Position numbers and translations under genes: made by a program. Positions 11,301 to 18,124 of a stretch of DNA of 64,000 bases are shown here, in pieces. Location of the stretch: NCBI GenBank assembly GCA_048882325.1, contig JBHLRS010000008.1, positions 51,530 to 115,529 on the forward strand, in the 5' to 3' direction. The stretch's first letter is position 1. Each line of letters starts with the position of its first letter. The stretch comes from Candidatus Thorarchaeota archaeon. GTDB taxonomy: Archaea; Asgardarchaeota; Thorarchaeia; Thorarchaeales; Thorarchaeaceae. The notes under the pieces were generated by a model. That model was not told where the DNA came from. It saw only the letters and a list, made by a program, of their open reading frames with translations, and ran no database searches.

Positions 11301-11686
11301 GTGTTAGATTCGAACTCGCACTGAGAGATGGCAGGTATGGGGTTGAGTTCAAGTCGAGAATCAAGACTGAGGGTTTTGGTTCAATCAGTGCAGGTTCAGG
11401 CGGCGAAAGGTCTCTCATCGCAATCGGATTAATTTTAGCTCTCCAGGGTTTTAATCCTGCACCAGTGTACGTAATGGATGAGGTTGATACATTTCTAGAT
11501 GCAACAAACACCGAGCTGGTCAGTCGATTATTTCATGATGCGTCACGTCGCAGTCAATTTATCATTCTCACACCTGCAAAGAGTACCCACTTGTTGAAAC
11601 ATGCTGACAAAATCCTTGGGGTTGTTTCACCTAATGGAGTGGATCCTTCTGTGATTATTGAGAGTCCTAAGTTCAAAGCGCAATAG
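8318..11686 (+). CDS. smc: SMC protein, Smc5/6-like
   Basis: NFLSF, GPNGSGKT, Q-loop NPLVFMPQERI, two long coiled coils, hinge (GPLISL...VTLDG), SGGERS, MDEVD, QFIILTP. Confidence 0.92.
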   Translation: MSETKVNIESVRLGNFLSFYEGTVEFDKGLTVLAGPNGSGKTSIFHAMKFALGSNQRENRYSKWSDFIRHGASTAEVEIRVRVNGQSRKFLRRIDRDGIPRAYTDGRRVKAAEHKQMISALGLETDNPLVFMPQERINAVRDMDPFEVRRLVEEGTGLDILRDRIGLQETEVTQSRLKLEAALTESRTVERELELLQHDLSRLEKKRALQEQERELEQELKWASFDDLSERIRQTKEEIETKESGLVGVLEEQTTIEGQISEQEEVSSELESNLSGLQTEIGRIDAKIEEEEKNLAKLKGDSRQQVAELKQLETSIKSEKSKEEKLKEDLERVSAAREQYMDQQKMLREEIAELEDERARIRDELAAFAEWNTKRAEAHGHYKALQVEIEGKDLLTRSLRERLQVEEAELQAIESKWSHVWDKIEATDAKELERKKSQLEREIASLNEERFRKTSLVAQLQKDIDDIKVRLSETSKRIPESVRSLKEAVSEHNLETVRGPLISLFTANDDISAAVEGVLSGNLPLAFVTTEYSDYQLLLKLRNKEEAPAPVILLREEVSKERPDIPQGAGVEDWLWDRLNADPDVQKLLARVFGDFILVKNSQTASRLATKHNLRVVTLDGAVTIPDDTQVVSHPKSEPSGMVSTAPLQTRLAKMEKDLTFERKKVTEIMTKLETLSNEREETMDLISQMTRWGSTWERRRKLNESIPELEERIVSIDDELKTLQRDYGKAERNLRKLDSTQPPERSRLVGQEAAIRTKHRRLQSDLNKVDTKAHASEKDEELKRQELRRVKENITVLSDSLTDLRQEIKDSKDATSSILERIEVMREGREETHNRQIQIKEELTQIRSTTRTLSERLVELNLLIKNRRLEVLQSKRQLSNLEYDLELIEQELQGKNRPESVRAIDLVRSELVKLRHILDDYQDVSETVAHTENQLKDRLKELVERVAELGEELDEAESAVRNIKEQYHNGMNETLRKVEKGVNEVLGRVQFPGSVRFELALRDGRYGVEFKSRIKTEGFGSISAGSGGERSLIAIGLILALQGFNPAPVYVMDEVDTFLDATNTELVSRLFHDASRRSQFIILTPAKSTHLLKHADKILGVVSPNGVDPSVIIESPKFKAQ

Positions 11687-11699
11687 GAGGCGAGGAATC

Positions 11700-12359
11700 A
11701 TGAATGAAACTATGAGCCTTGCTGAAAGCGTGTTCAATATGGTGCAAGCAGTTCGCGCAGGTGAGATTGATCCGCTGGAAATGCGATTGACTCAGGCATA
11801 CAAGAACCTCCAGGAACTGGTTGCCAAGATTGACAGGCGGATTGACATAGACGAGATGTTAAACGAGATTCTTAGTACAAAGGTGGATCGAGTGCAGGAG
11901 CTTGCACGTATTCTTGCTGCACCTGAACTATATGTCAGCCGACTCAAGGATATCTCAATGAGAAACCTCGCAAAACTCGTGACACCGAAGCAACCTGTCG
12001 TTATCGGACATCTTGATCACGAATCACTTGATGATGCCCTCAACCGAGTGGTGACATTAATCGATGCAATGCAGAGAGAGCCTCCTGAAGACGAGGTCCC
12101 GAAGATAGCAGAACTTCCCAATGGTTTTACACTCGATACAGAAGACTCCGTGTTTTTAGAGGACCTAGACAGTTTTCTTGCTACAATCCCAAATGGCGAC
12201 AGAACAGAGTTTGATGACCTTGTGATGAATGAAGAGCTCGATCTTTTTCTGAAACATTTCCTTTACGTGGTCATCCTAGTTTCAAAGGGAAGACTGAACT
12301 ATGACCCAGAAACTCGCGAAGTCTGGAGACCCTCAGTCTCCGAGATTGATATGACATAA
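11700..12359 (+). CDS. Kleisin (ScpA/Nse4-like)
   Basis: N-terminal GEIDPLEMRL and C-terminal winged-helix FDDLV...FLKHFLYVVILVSKGRL resemble ScpA; ATG at 11700 after GGAGG, 13 nt past the smc stop (track start 11658 probably too early). Confidence 0.72.
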   Translation: MNETMSLAESVFNMVQAVRAGEIDPLEMRLTQAYKNLQELVAKIDRRIDIDEMLNEILSTKVDRVQELARILAAPELYVSRLKDISMRNLAKLVTPKQPVVIGHLDHESLDDALNRVVTLIDAMQREPPEDEVPKIAELPNGFTLDTEDSVFLEDLDSFLATIPNGDRTEFDDLVMNEELDLFLKHFLYVVILVSKGRLNYDPETREVWRPSVSEIDMT

Positions 12360-12382
12360 AAAAAGGAGGTCTGCTTGATTTC

Positions 12383-13723
12383 TCAAGCAGGAACCTCGAC
12401 TAGGAACTCTTGTGAAATATCTGACTCTTCATCAACTGGTTTTGATAAACCTGCGTGAAGATTCAGTTTGGAAACAACTATGAAACCTAGGAGTGAAACT
12501 AGTACAAGTACGAGAGCTGCGCTTGTCATAGGGGGTCCTGTTGCTGCGACAGTCTCCGCCCAGACTCCGCCAATAGTCATTCCAACAACTTGCAGAGCAG
12601 TAAAGACTAAACTTAGGAGTGAGAAGACACGTCCTCGAAGTTCATCCTCAACAAGCTCTTGCATGAGTACGTTAAGGGGAATAATCAGAACTACATCCAC
12701 TGCACCAATAATTGCCCAAGGTAGCATAACTGTCACAAAGTCAAATGCAAGGACAAGTCCCAAGATCGCAATACCAGCCAAAAATTCTGCAAATACTACC
12801 AGATAGAGAGGTCTATCGATCTCTCTCTTGCGACTGAAGTAGACTGCCGCAGTGGCTCCTGAAGCAGCTCCTGCACTCAACACAAGACCGACCTGGACTG
12901 AACCCAAACCAAGCTCACCCTCTAGGTATGGCATGAGCAGAGCGTTCAAAATACCCGATGACACTGCAAGGAGCATTGCAAAGACAAAGAGGAATGACAG
13001 AATCGAATTTCCAATGACGTAGCGACCGCCTTGCTTTATCTGTGCCATCAAGGACTCCTTGTCATCTAGATCTCTATTCGGGATGAGATTAGTCCTGATT
13101 CCACGAAGTGCAAGTGCAGAGAAAAGGAAAGTTGCAGAGTTAATGGCGAACGCGAGGAAATAATCTGGGGCAAGGAGTGCAACGAGAATTCCACCGATTG
13201 GAGGGACTACCAACTGAACAACTTGGAATGTCATCTGAGAGAGAGAGTTCGCTGCTACTAACTCATCACCTTCTACGAGATTGGGGATTGCTGCACTCCT
13301 TGCAGGAAAGAACCATGCATTTGCAGTAGCATAGAGAAATGTGAGTAAGTAAACCCAATAGATTGTTGGCATAGATGTGGGGAAATAAATTGTGAGAGGA
13401 ATGAGTAGAATTGTGATTGCTCGTACTACATCTGATGCAACCATGATCTTCTTGCGGTTCCATTGATCAATATAGACACCAATGGGACCAGCAAAAACAA
13501 CAACAGGTAATGTCTGAGCAATGGCAAGAAGCGCCATGGATATGGCAGAGCCTGTTAGGTCGTAGGCATAAAACATGAGAGCAAGATATGCAATCGCTGT
13601 TCCAATGTTAGATACTAGTTGACCAGACCAGAGCAATGAGAAGTCACGATGAGCTAGAACTGCTCTGAATCCTTTCGGATCATCGTGACTTTCACTTTGA
13701 AGTTCTGTGACGACTTCGGTCAT
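12383..13723 (-). CDS. MFS transporter (MefA/EntS-like H+ antiporter)
   Basis: FSLLWSGQLVSNIG, motif A GVYIDQWNRKKIM, PARSAAIPNLV, ELRGRVFS; about 12 TM segments. Confidence 0.9.
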   Translation of the reverse strand: MTEVVTELQSESHDDPKGFRAVLAHRDFSLLWSGQLVSNIGTAIAYLALMFYAYDLTGSAISMALLAIAQTLPVVVFAGPIGVYIDQWNRKKIMVASDVVRAITILLIPLTIYFPTSMPTIYWVYLLTFLYATANAWFFPARSAAIPNLVEGDELVAANSLSQMTFQVVQLVVPPIGGILVALLAPDYFLAFAINSATFLFSALALRGIRTNLIPNRDLDDKESLMAQIKQGGRYVIGNSILSFLFVFAMLLAVSSGILNALLMPYLEGELGLGSVQVGLVLSAGAASGATAAVYFSRKREIDRPLYLVVFAEFLAGIAILGLVLAFDFVTVMLPWAIIGAVDVVLIIPLNVLMQELVEDELRGRVFSLLSLVFTALQVVGMTIGGVWAETVAATGPPMTSAALVLVLVSLLGFIVVSKLNLHAGLSKPVDEESDISQEFLVEVPA

Positions 13724-13728
13724 TCAGT

Positions 13729-13827
13729 TTATCTCCGGAAGTAAGCACGGGCCACTGCATCAGTGGAAACGACATTCCTTGTCTTCTTCCAAACTCGAGG
13801 AGTTCCATTGATCTTTGCAAGTGCCAT
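13729..13827 (-). CDS. 32-aa basic small ORF upstream of the MFS gene (MALAKINGTPRVWKKTRNVVSTDAVARAYFRR)
   Basis: GGAGGT 7 nt before the ATG; TAA ends 5 nt before the MFS ATG; below the ORF-track cutoff. Confidence 0.6.
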   Translation of the reverse strand: MALAKINGTPRVWKKTRNVVSTDAVARAYFRR

Positions 13828-14050
13828 TCGATTTACCTCCGATAGGTGTACGCATGAGTAATGGCATCGGTGGAGACCATTGCCTTGTTGTTCTTCAGCA
13901 CAGATTTAGTTCCTGAGTTAGTTGTTAAAGCCATGATATTTCACAAAAATCACTGCTCAGATTTAGTATATATAGCGGAGCCACTTCATAGGGTCACAGA
14001 AAGAAGTCACATATTGTTACTACTCATAGGAAGCAGGTGGTAGAAAAATC

Positions 14051-14833
14051 ATGACGAAGTCGATACTAATTGATGAGAAGACCTTGCAAGTATTTGCTCA
14101 CTTTGAAGAGTTCTACTTCAATGCGTTTGGTCAACAGAAAGTACCAAACCCTGCTTACAAGAATAGACTCTCCAAGTTCTTCGAGATTATCAAAGAGAAT
14201 CACAGCGAAGAGGAACTGGTTGTTGGACCAATAACAAGGGAAAACCTGGGAGATGCTTTATGTTTAGTTATATTGACAAGAATTCACGCTTTTTCAGAGG
14301 ATGAACTGAGGGCGACAGTCGATTTCCTGCAAAACCCAGAACACAGTCTCCTGTTAATGTCTAATCATAATCCGTTTGAGATGCACGATAACGAACTTAC
14401 AAGCAAGTTGGGAATATCACTGACAGGAGGATACTACAGTGGTGAAAGAGGAGTGTATACAGAGATCAGTGAAGATTGCATGACACATCATCCGATAATC
14501 GAAGGAGAAGAGTCTGAGAAACCAATCTCTAAAATTCTAACAAACACAACCTGCCGTATTGAATCAAAACTTGGCACTCCATTCATCTACTTGCCAGATA
14601 CAATGGTTGGTCGGTGGTCTTCTGAAGGTGAGTCGCCACTACGAAATAGAATCTTCGGACTTGCTATTGACGGTCAAAAGGAGCCTAATGAGATTATCAA
14701 GGGAAAAGTAATTGTCCTCGGTGATTCTGGATTTTTAGGAGACAAGGATTCAACATTTCCTGGATTTGGAATGATTGATAGGGGTGACAATGAGATATTC
14801 ATACAGAGGATGTTCCGATACCTCTTGGACTGA
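14051..14833 (+). CDS. GIFT/DUF4350-like (GldG/IFT52-type, GATase-like fold) protein
   Basis: FSEDEL..F, N.LTSKLGI, HPIIEG, GKVIVLGDS..DNEIFIQRMFRYL pattern. Confidence 0.55.
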   Translation: MTKSILIDEKTLQVFAHFEEFYFNAFGQQKVPNPAYKNRLSKFFEIIKENHSEEELVVGPITRENLGDALCLVILTRIHAFSEDELRATVDFLQNPEHSLLLMSNHNPFEMHDNELTSKLGISLTGGYYSGERGVYTEISEDCMTHHPIIEGEESEKPISKILTNTTCRIESKLGTPFIYLPDTMVGRWSSEGESPLRNRIFGLAIDGQKEPNEIIKGKVIVLGDSGFLGDKDSTFPGFGMIDRGDNEIFIQRMFRYLLD

Positions 14834-14922
14834 TTGCAAAATCGTGGCGCTCTTCTGCAATTCTTCTAACAGAAACCCTCATACTTTAAACAACAACTAG
14901 TTTTGAAAGACTGTTGGACATA

Positions 14923-15084
14923 ATGAATGAGTATGCTATCCTCATGAAGGTCCTAAGGAGATCTGGAGACCCCATTGGTGAAGGAGTAGAGGACATGCTT
15001 GATGCTCTAGGTCTACCAGATGACATAGGAAGAGAAACCCTATTCAGGAGAATGAGAGTGCTATACAAACGATTTGATGCCTAA
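14923..15084 (+). pseudogene. Truncated duplicate (53 aa) of the N-terminus of the KITE-like gene at 15722
   Basis: MNEYAILMKVLRRSGDPIGEGVEDMLDALGLPDDIGRETLFRR aligns with MNEYAILMKLLTRAGDPIGAGVDDMLDALGLPEDIGRDVLFKR; upstream DNA is also similar. Confidence 0.8.
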
Positions 15085-15156
15085 CAGATATTTTCCAGCA
15101 AATTCATCACTATGAAAACTTCAATATGAAGCCAGATTCGAGATGTCGATTGAAGA

Positions 15157-15624
15157 TTAATTCTCCTTCTGTTCTCTCGATGTTTCTTTCCTACCTGAAG
15201 TTGGTTTGGCAATGTAGATTTGACGTGAAATAGCCATTCCTAAACACCAACCTGCAAAGAGTGTCAGAAGAATCAACCACCAGATAGGATCTACCAACCC
15301 CGAAACTTCATCGATTCCTGCGAGAGTATCAGCTAACTCACTTGTGATTAGAAGACACATGATGAAAGCAATCAATCCATAACTTGGACTGAACTTGCAA
15401 TCCTGTTGCGAAACAGCGTCATCCCGGAAAGTGAAGTATTCGACTAAACCACCAAAACCGACGAAAATCAGTTGCAAGGCTATAAACATCATAAAGAGAG
15501 ATGAATCTATCAATAGAAGAAGCAAGACTCCTGTACAAAATATTGCACAAAAAACGACTGCTTTGACTCTTTCATGTTTGATATCAAATTGCCTACTGGT
15601 CATGATCCCACTCAGGAAACACAA
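15157..15624 (-). CDS. Hypothetical membrane protein (~4 TM)
   Basis: 155-aa ORF with four hydrophobic segments. Confidence 0.65.
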   Translation of the reverse strand: MCFLSGIMTSRQFDIKHERVKAVVFCAIFCTGVLLLLLIDSSLFMMFIALQLIFVGFGGLVEYFTFRDDAVSQQDCKFSPSYGLIAFIMCLLITSELADTLAGIDEVSGLVDPIWWLILLTLFAGWCLGMAISRQIYIAKPTSGRKETSREQKEN

Positions 15625-15721
15625 TCTGTGATTGGCCTCTATTTTACCTTTACGCGGCGCGCTTCACACAAAGGGACCTCACACTTTATACAGGCTCAGA
15701 TGATGATGAACAGTGTTTCAG

Positions 15722-16225
15722 ATGAACGAGTATGCCATTCTGATGAAGCTCCTCACAAGAGCAGGAGACCCAATCGGCGCAGGTGTCGATGACATGCTTG
15801 ATGCTCTTGGGCTACCTGAAGACATAGGACGAGATGTGTTATTCAAGCGACTTGGTGAACTCCACTCAAGACTTGAACCAGTTGGCCTCACCATAAAACA
15901 CAATCCCGTGAGTGGTGTGTTCTATGTTGACACTTCAATCCAGTCTAAGATGCAAAAGGACGATTCTGTACTCCCAGACAAATTGGCGGCAACTCTTCTT
16001 ATTGTCATCACTCTGGCCTATCAAGAGGGTGGATGGATTTCCTTTGACAGAGTAAGAGAGTTTCGTAAAAAGAGCTTGAGAGGAGTCATGGAGGACCTAA
16101 GAGATCTTCAGAAGCTAAACTATGTTGAGCTAGACCAGCCTAGTAAGCGGGTTCGACTAGGTCTTCGTGTTCCATTTGAGATTGACTATGAGGCATTCTT
16201 TAGAGACCTTGTATCTGAGAGTTAG
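15722..16225 (+). CDS. Tandem winged-helix protein, KITE (ScpB/Nse1/Nse3/MksE)-like
   Basis: LHSRLEPVGLTI...GVFYV then LPDKLAATLLIVITLAYQ...ISF...LRDLQKLNYVE resembles ScpB/MAGE WH-A/WH-B; 3.4 kb from the kleisin; ATG supported by the duplicate. Confidence 0.6.
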   Translation: MNEYAILMKLLTRAGDPIGAGVDDMLDALGLPEDIGRDVLFKRLGELHSRLEPVGLTIKHNPVSGVFYVDTSIQSKMQKDDSVLPDKLAATLLIVITLAYQEGGWISFDRVREFRKKSLRGVMEDLRDLQKLNYVELDQPSKRVRLGLRVPFEIDYEAFFRDLVSES

Positions 16226-16291
16226 CTCCAATTGTTCGGCCCCTTCGTTAGTTTTATCAAGGCACCATCTGTGAAAAACTCGGTCGGAATC

Positions 16292-16651
16292 ATGTCACAC
16301 AGACGTTCACTAAGATTCGCAAAAACGACCTGCCCTATCTGTGGCAGCAAGGAAGTCGCCCGTGACGATCACAAGGGAGACCTCCTCTGCACAAACTGTG
16401 GACATATCATTGTCCGAACAGAAACCAGATCTGTAGGTAAGTTTGACATTGCTCAACATATCAAGAGGAATGGAAAGATGACTTTCCCGATGCTCAAGTC
16501 AGCCACAGGGGCCTCAGACGACAAGCTCTTCGGTGTTTTACGAAACATGGTTGAGATGGGACTGCTCTCTGAGATTCAAGGACAGTACTCACTCACCAAG
16601 AAGGGAAATAGATGGTACCGTCAGAGGCAGGGACAGGAGTGGGGTTACTAG
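16292..16651 (+). CDS. TFIIB-type Zn-ribbon fused to a winged HTH
   Basis: CPICGS...DDHKGDLLCTNCG then L..MVEMGLL...YSLTKKG; no cyclin folds, so not TFB itself. Confidence 0.75.
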   Translation: MSHRRSLRFAKTTCPICGSKEVARDDHKGDLLCTNCGHIIVRTETRSVGKFDIAQHIKRNGKMTFPMLKSATGASDDKLFGVLRNMVEMGLLSEIQGQYSLTKKGNRWYRQRQGQEWGY

Positions 16652-16786
16652 CCCCTGTTGGGGCAACACCCAAGCATTAGTGGACACTATTTTTCACGAA
16701 ACAATCAGAATTCAGACTTAACCATAATTTAATTTTTTTAATGTCACTAAGAAATATTTAAAAATCCCAATATTCCAAGCGGAATC

Positions 16787-16897
16787 AGGATTCGATTCGT
16801 TGATTTCTAAAATCTTCAATCTCCCTCCTACCACGCGATTATCATGCTGGCTAAATATACCGGTATGATTCACACATACCGAATCGAATCCTATCTT
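16787..16897 (+). ncRNA. Candidate structured small RNA, copy 1 (strand inferred)
   Basis: Perfect 13-bp terminal inverted repeat AGGATTCGATTCG/CGAATCGAATCCT; loop motif shared with copy 2; TTTAAAAA about 25 nt upstream. Confidence 0.5.
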
Positions 16898-17000
16898 CTT
16901 CTTACTATTCCTCCACTAGGATTCGAACATCATTCTTGGTGATGCGACGGACTTTGGGTAGACCTCTTCGCATCCACATATGATTCAACGTAGAGTGTTA

Positions 17001-17831
17001 TTATGCTAAATCTTGGAACGCCTTTACGATCATCTCGCGCGAAGAATCAATATCCCCAATAACTCTTATCTCATCGAGGTTGATTTCACCTAGTCCTCTC
17101 CTGTGAGCCTCTTGGAGGACAGGCATTTCAGTTGATTCAAGTCCTACAAGATAGCCCCCAACTGCTTCGACTGCGAACGCGTCAGTCCCTATGATTAGAA
17201 GATTGAGCGAAACAGTGACTCTCCTCTTCCCTATCCCCAAGTAGCAGTTGGTGGCATCGAGTACAGCAAGATCAATCCCACCGATGGCCTCATAGATGTC
17301 AAGCAATGCTTTGGGGAGCTGTTTGTGGAATCTATGCTTCTTTACATCAGGAATCATACCAAGTAAATTCTTGATGGTAAAACCAAGATTCATGAGGTCC
17401 TCGAGTCCTGCATCCTCATATCTTCGCGGAACGTGTGTGCTAATGAATGTGTTTGGCTGTGAGAATATCTTGGGAAATGGTACACTTTCTCCAGCTATTT
17501 CAACATCCAACGTATCTTTGTCATCAGAGAGATTGAATGGAACCACCCGTTCATTGTAGCAGTCTTTCCAGATTTCTAGTCGTTTCAGTCCAGGACCTGC
17601 TCCGCTATCAGATTCTGTAATTCGAATCTCTGGCGCGTGATTAAACTTGTCAGCAATTTGTTGAACTGTCTTCACTGTCGAACAAATTCCAGTTTTAGGA
17701 TTGTAAATTCCAACTTTGATGTAGACAGGTCTCTCTTTGGTGTTGAGATCAATCAAATCCTCAATCTGTTCACAAGCGTGAGAGAATGAAGCACTGTCAA
17801 CCACGACCACGGTAGAATTCATAGAAATCAC
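17001..17831 (-). CDS. DUF362-family protein
   Basis: VYIKVG, ITESDS, FTIKNLLGMIP..KHRFH, AVLDA, DAFAVEAVG..LVG, AHRRGLGE. Confidence 0.75.
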   Translation of the reverse strand: MISMNSTVVVVDSASFSHACEQIEDLIDLNTKERPVYIKVGIYNPKTGICSTVKTVQQIADKFNHAPEIRITESDSGAGPGLKRLEIWKDCYNERVVPFNLSDDKDTLDVEIAGESVPFPKIFSQPNTFISTHVPRRYEDAGLEDLMNLGFTIKNLLGMIPDVKKHRFHKQLPKALLDIYEAIGGIDLAVLDATNCYLGIGKRRVTVSLNLLIIGTDAFAVEAVGGYLVGLESTEMPVLQEAHRRGLGEINLDEIRVIGDIDSSREMIVKAFQDLA

Positions 17832-17954
17832 TGCTTGAATTCAAATCGAGCGTCTCTATTAAACCATAAAGGACTAAGCAAAGTGAGCGCTTACACACTT
17901 AATTTTTCTAATTTCCTCTAAAGTAATCCTTAATATACTATAGACCAATTTACC

Positions 17955-18059
17955 GATAGGGTCTGGTACAGAGGGCTTCAAACTCCCCTCCTAACCACGC
18001 GAATACCTACAAAGTAGGATACCTACTTTCCCTTTTTACCTCTGCACCGGACCTATCTT
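17955..18059 (+). ncRNA. Candidate structured small RNA, copy 2 (strand inferred)
   Basis: ~19-bp terminal stem GATAGGGTCTGGTACAGAGG/CCTCTGCACCGGACCTATC; shared loop motif; inner hairpin AAAGTAGG-ATA-CCTACTTT; CTTAATATA upstream. Confidence 0.5.
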
Positions 18060-18124
18060 ATTCTAATGCCTAGATGTCGCCAAGGGAATGGATTCTGATT
18101 CTAAGTTTCCTTTTTTGAAATCTT

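Noticed and set aside
13861-14043. 60-aa ORF between the MFS and GIFT-like genes
   Set aside because: It lies in a divergent promoter region with a TATA-like tract and a repeated CAGATTTAGT; no SD or protein features.
7178-16225. Wadjet/MksBEFG defence system
   Set aside because: No JetD/MksG TOPRIM nuclease in the window; gene order and SMC motifs fit Smc5/6-like better.
16292-16651. Transcription factor B (tfb)
   Set aside because: Only the Zn-ribbon is shared; the protein is too short and lacks the cyclin repeats.
16905-16975. tRNA suggested by GTTCGAATCC on the minus strand (also at 23558-23567)
   Set aside because: No T-stem, anticodon arm or acceptor stem can be built around either site.
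16680-17995. Minus-strand peptides starting at TTG after AGGAGG in the two repeated elements (type I toxin-like reading)
   Set aside because: The two short ORFs share no convincing protein similarity and lack a TM helix, so an RNA-level explanation fits better; not fully excluded.
16787-18059. MITEs or a composite transposon around the DUF362 gene
   Set aside because: Terminal repeats differ between the copies while the interior is conserved; no target-site duplication or transposase seen.
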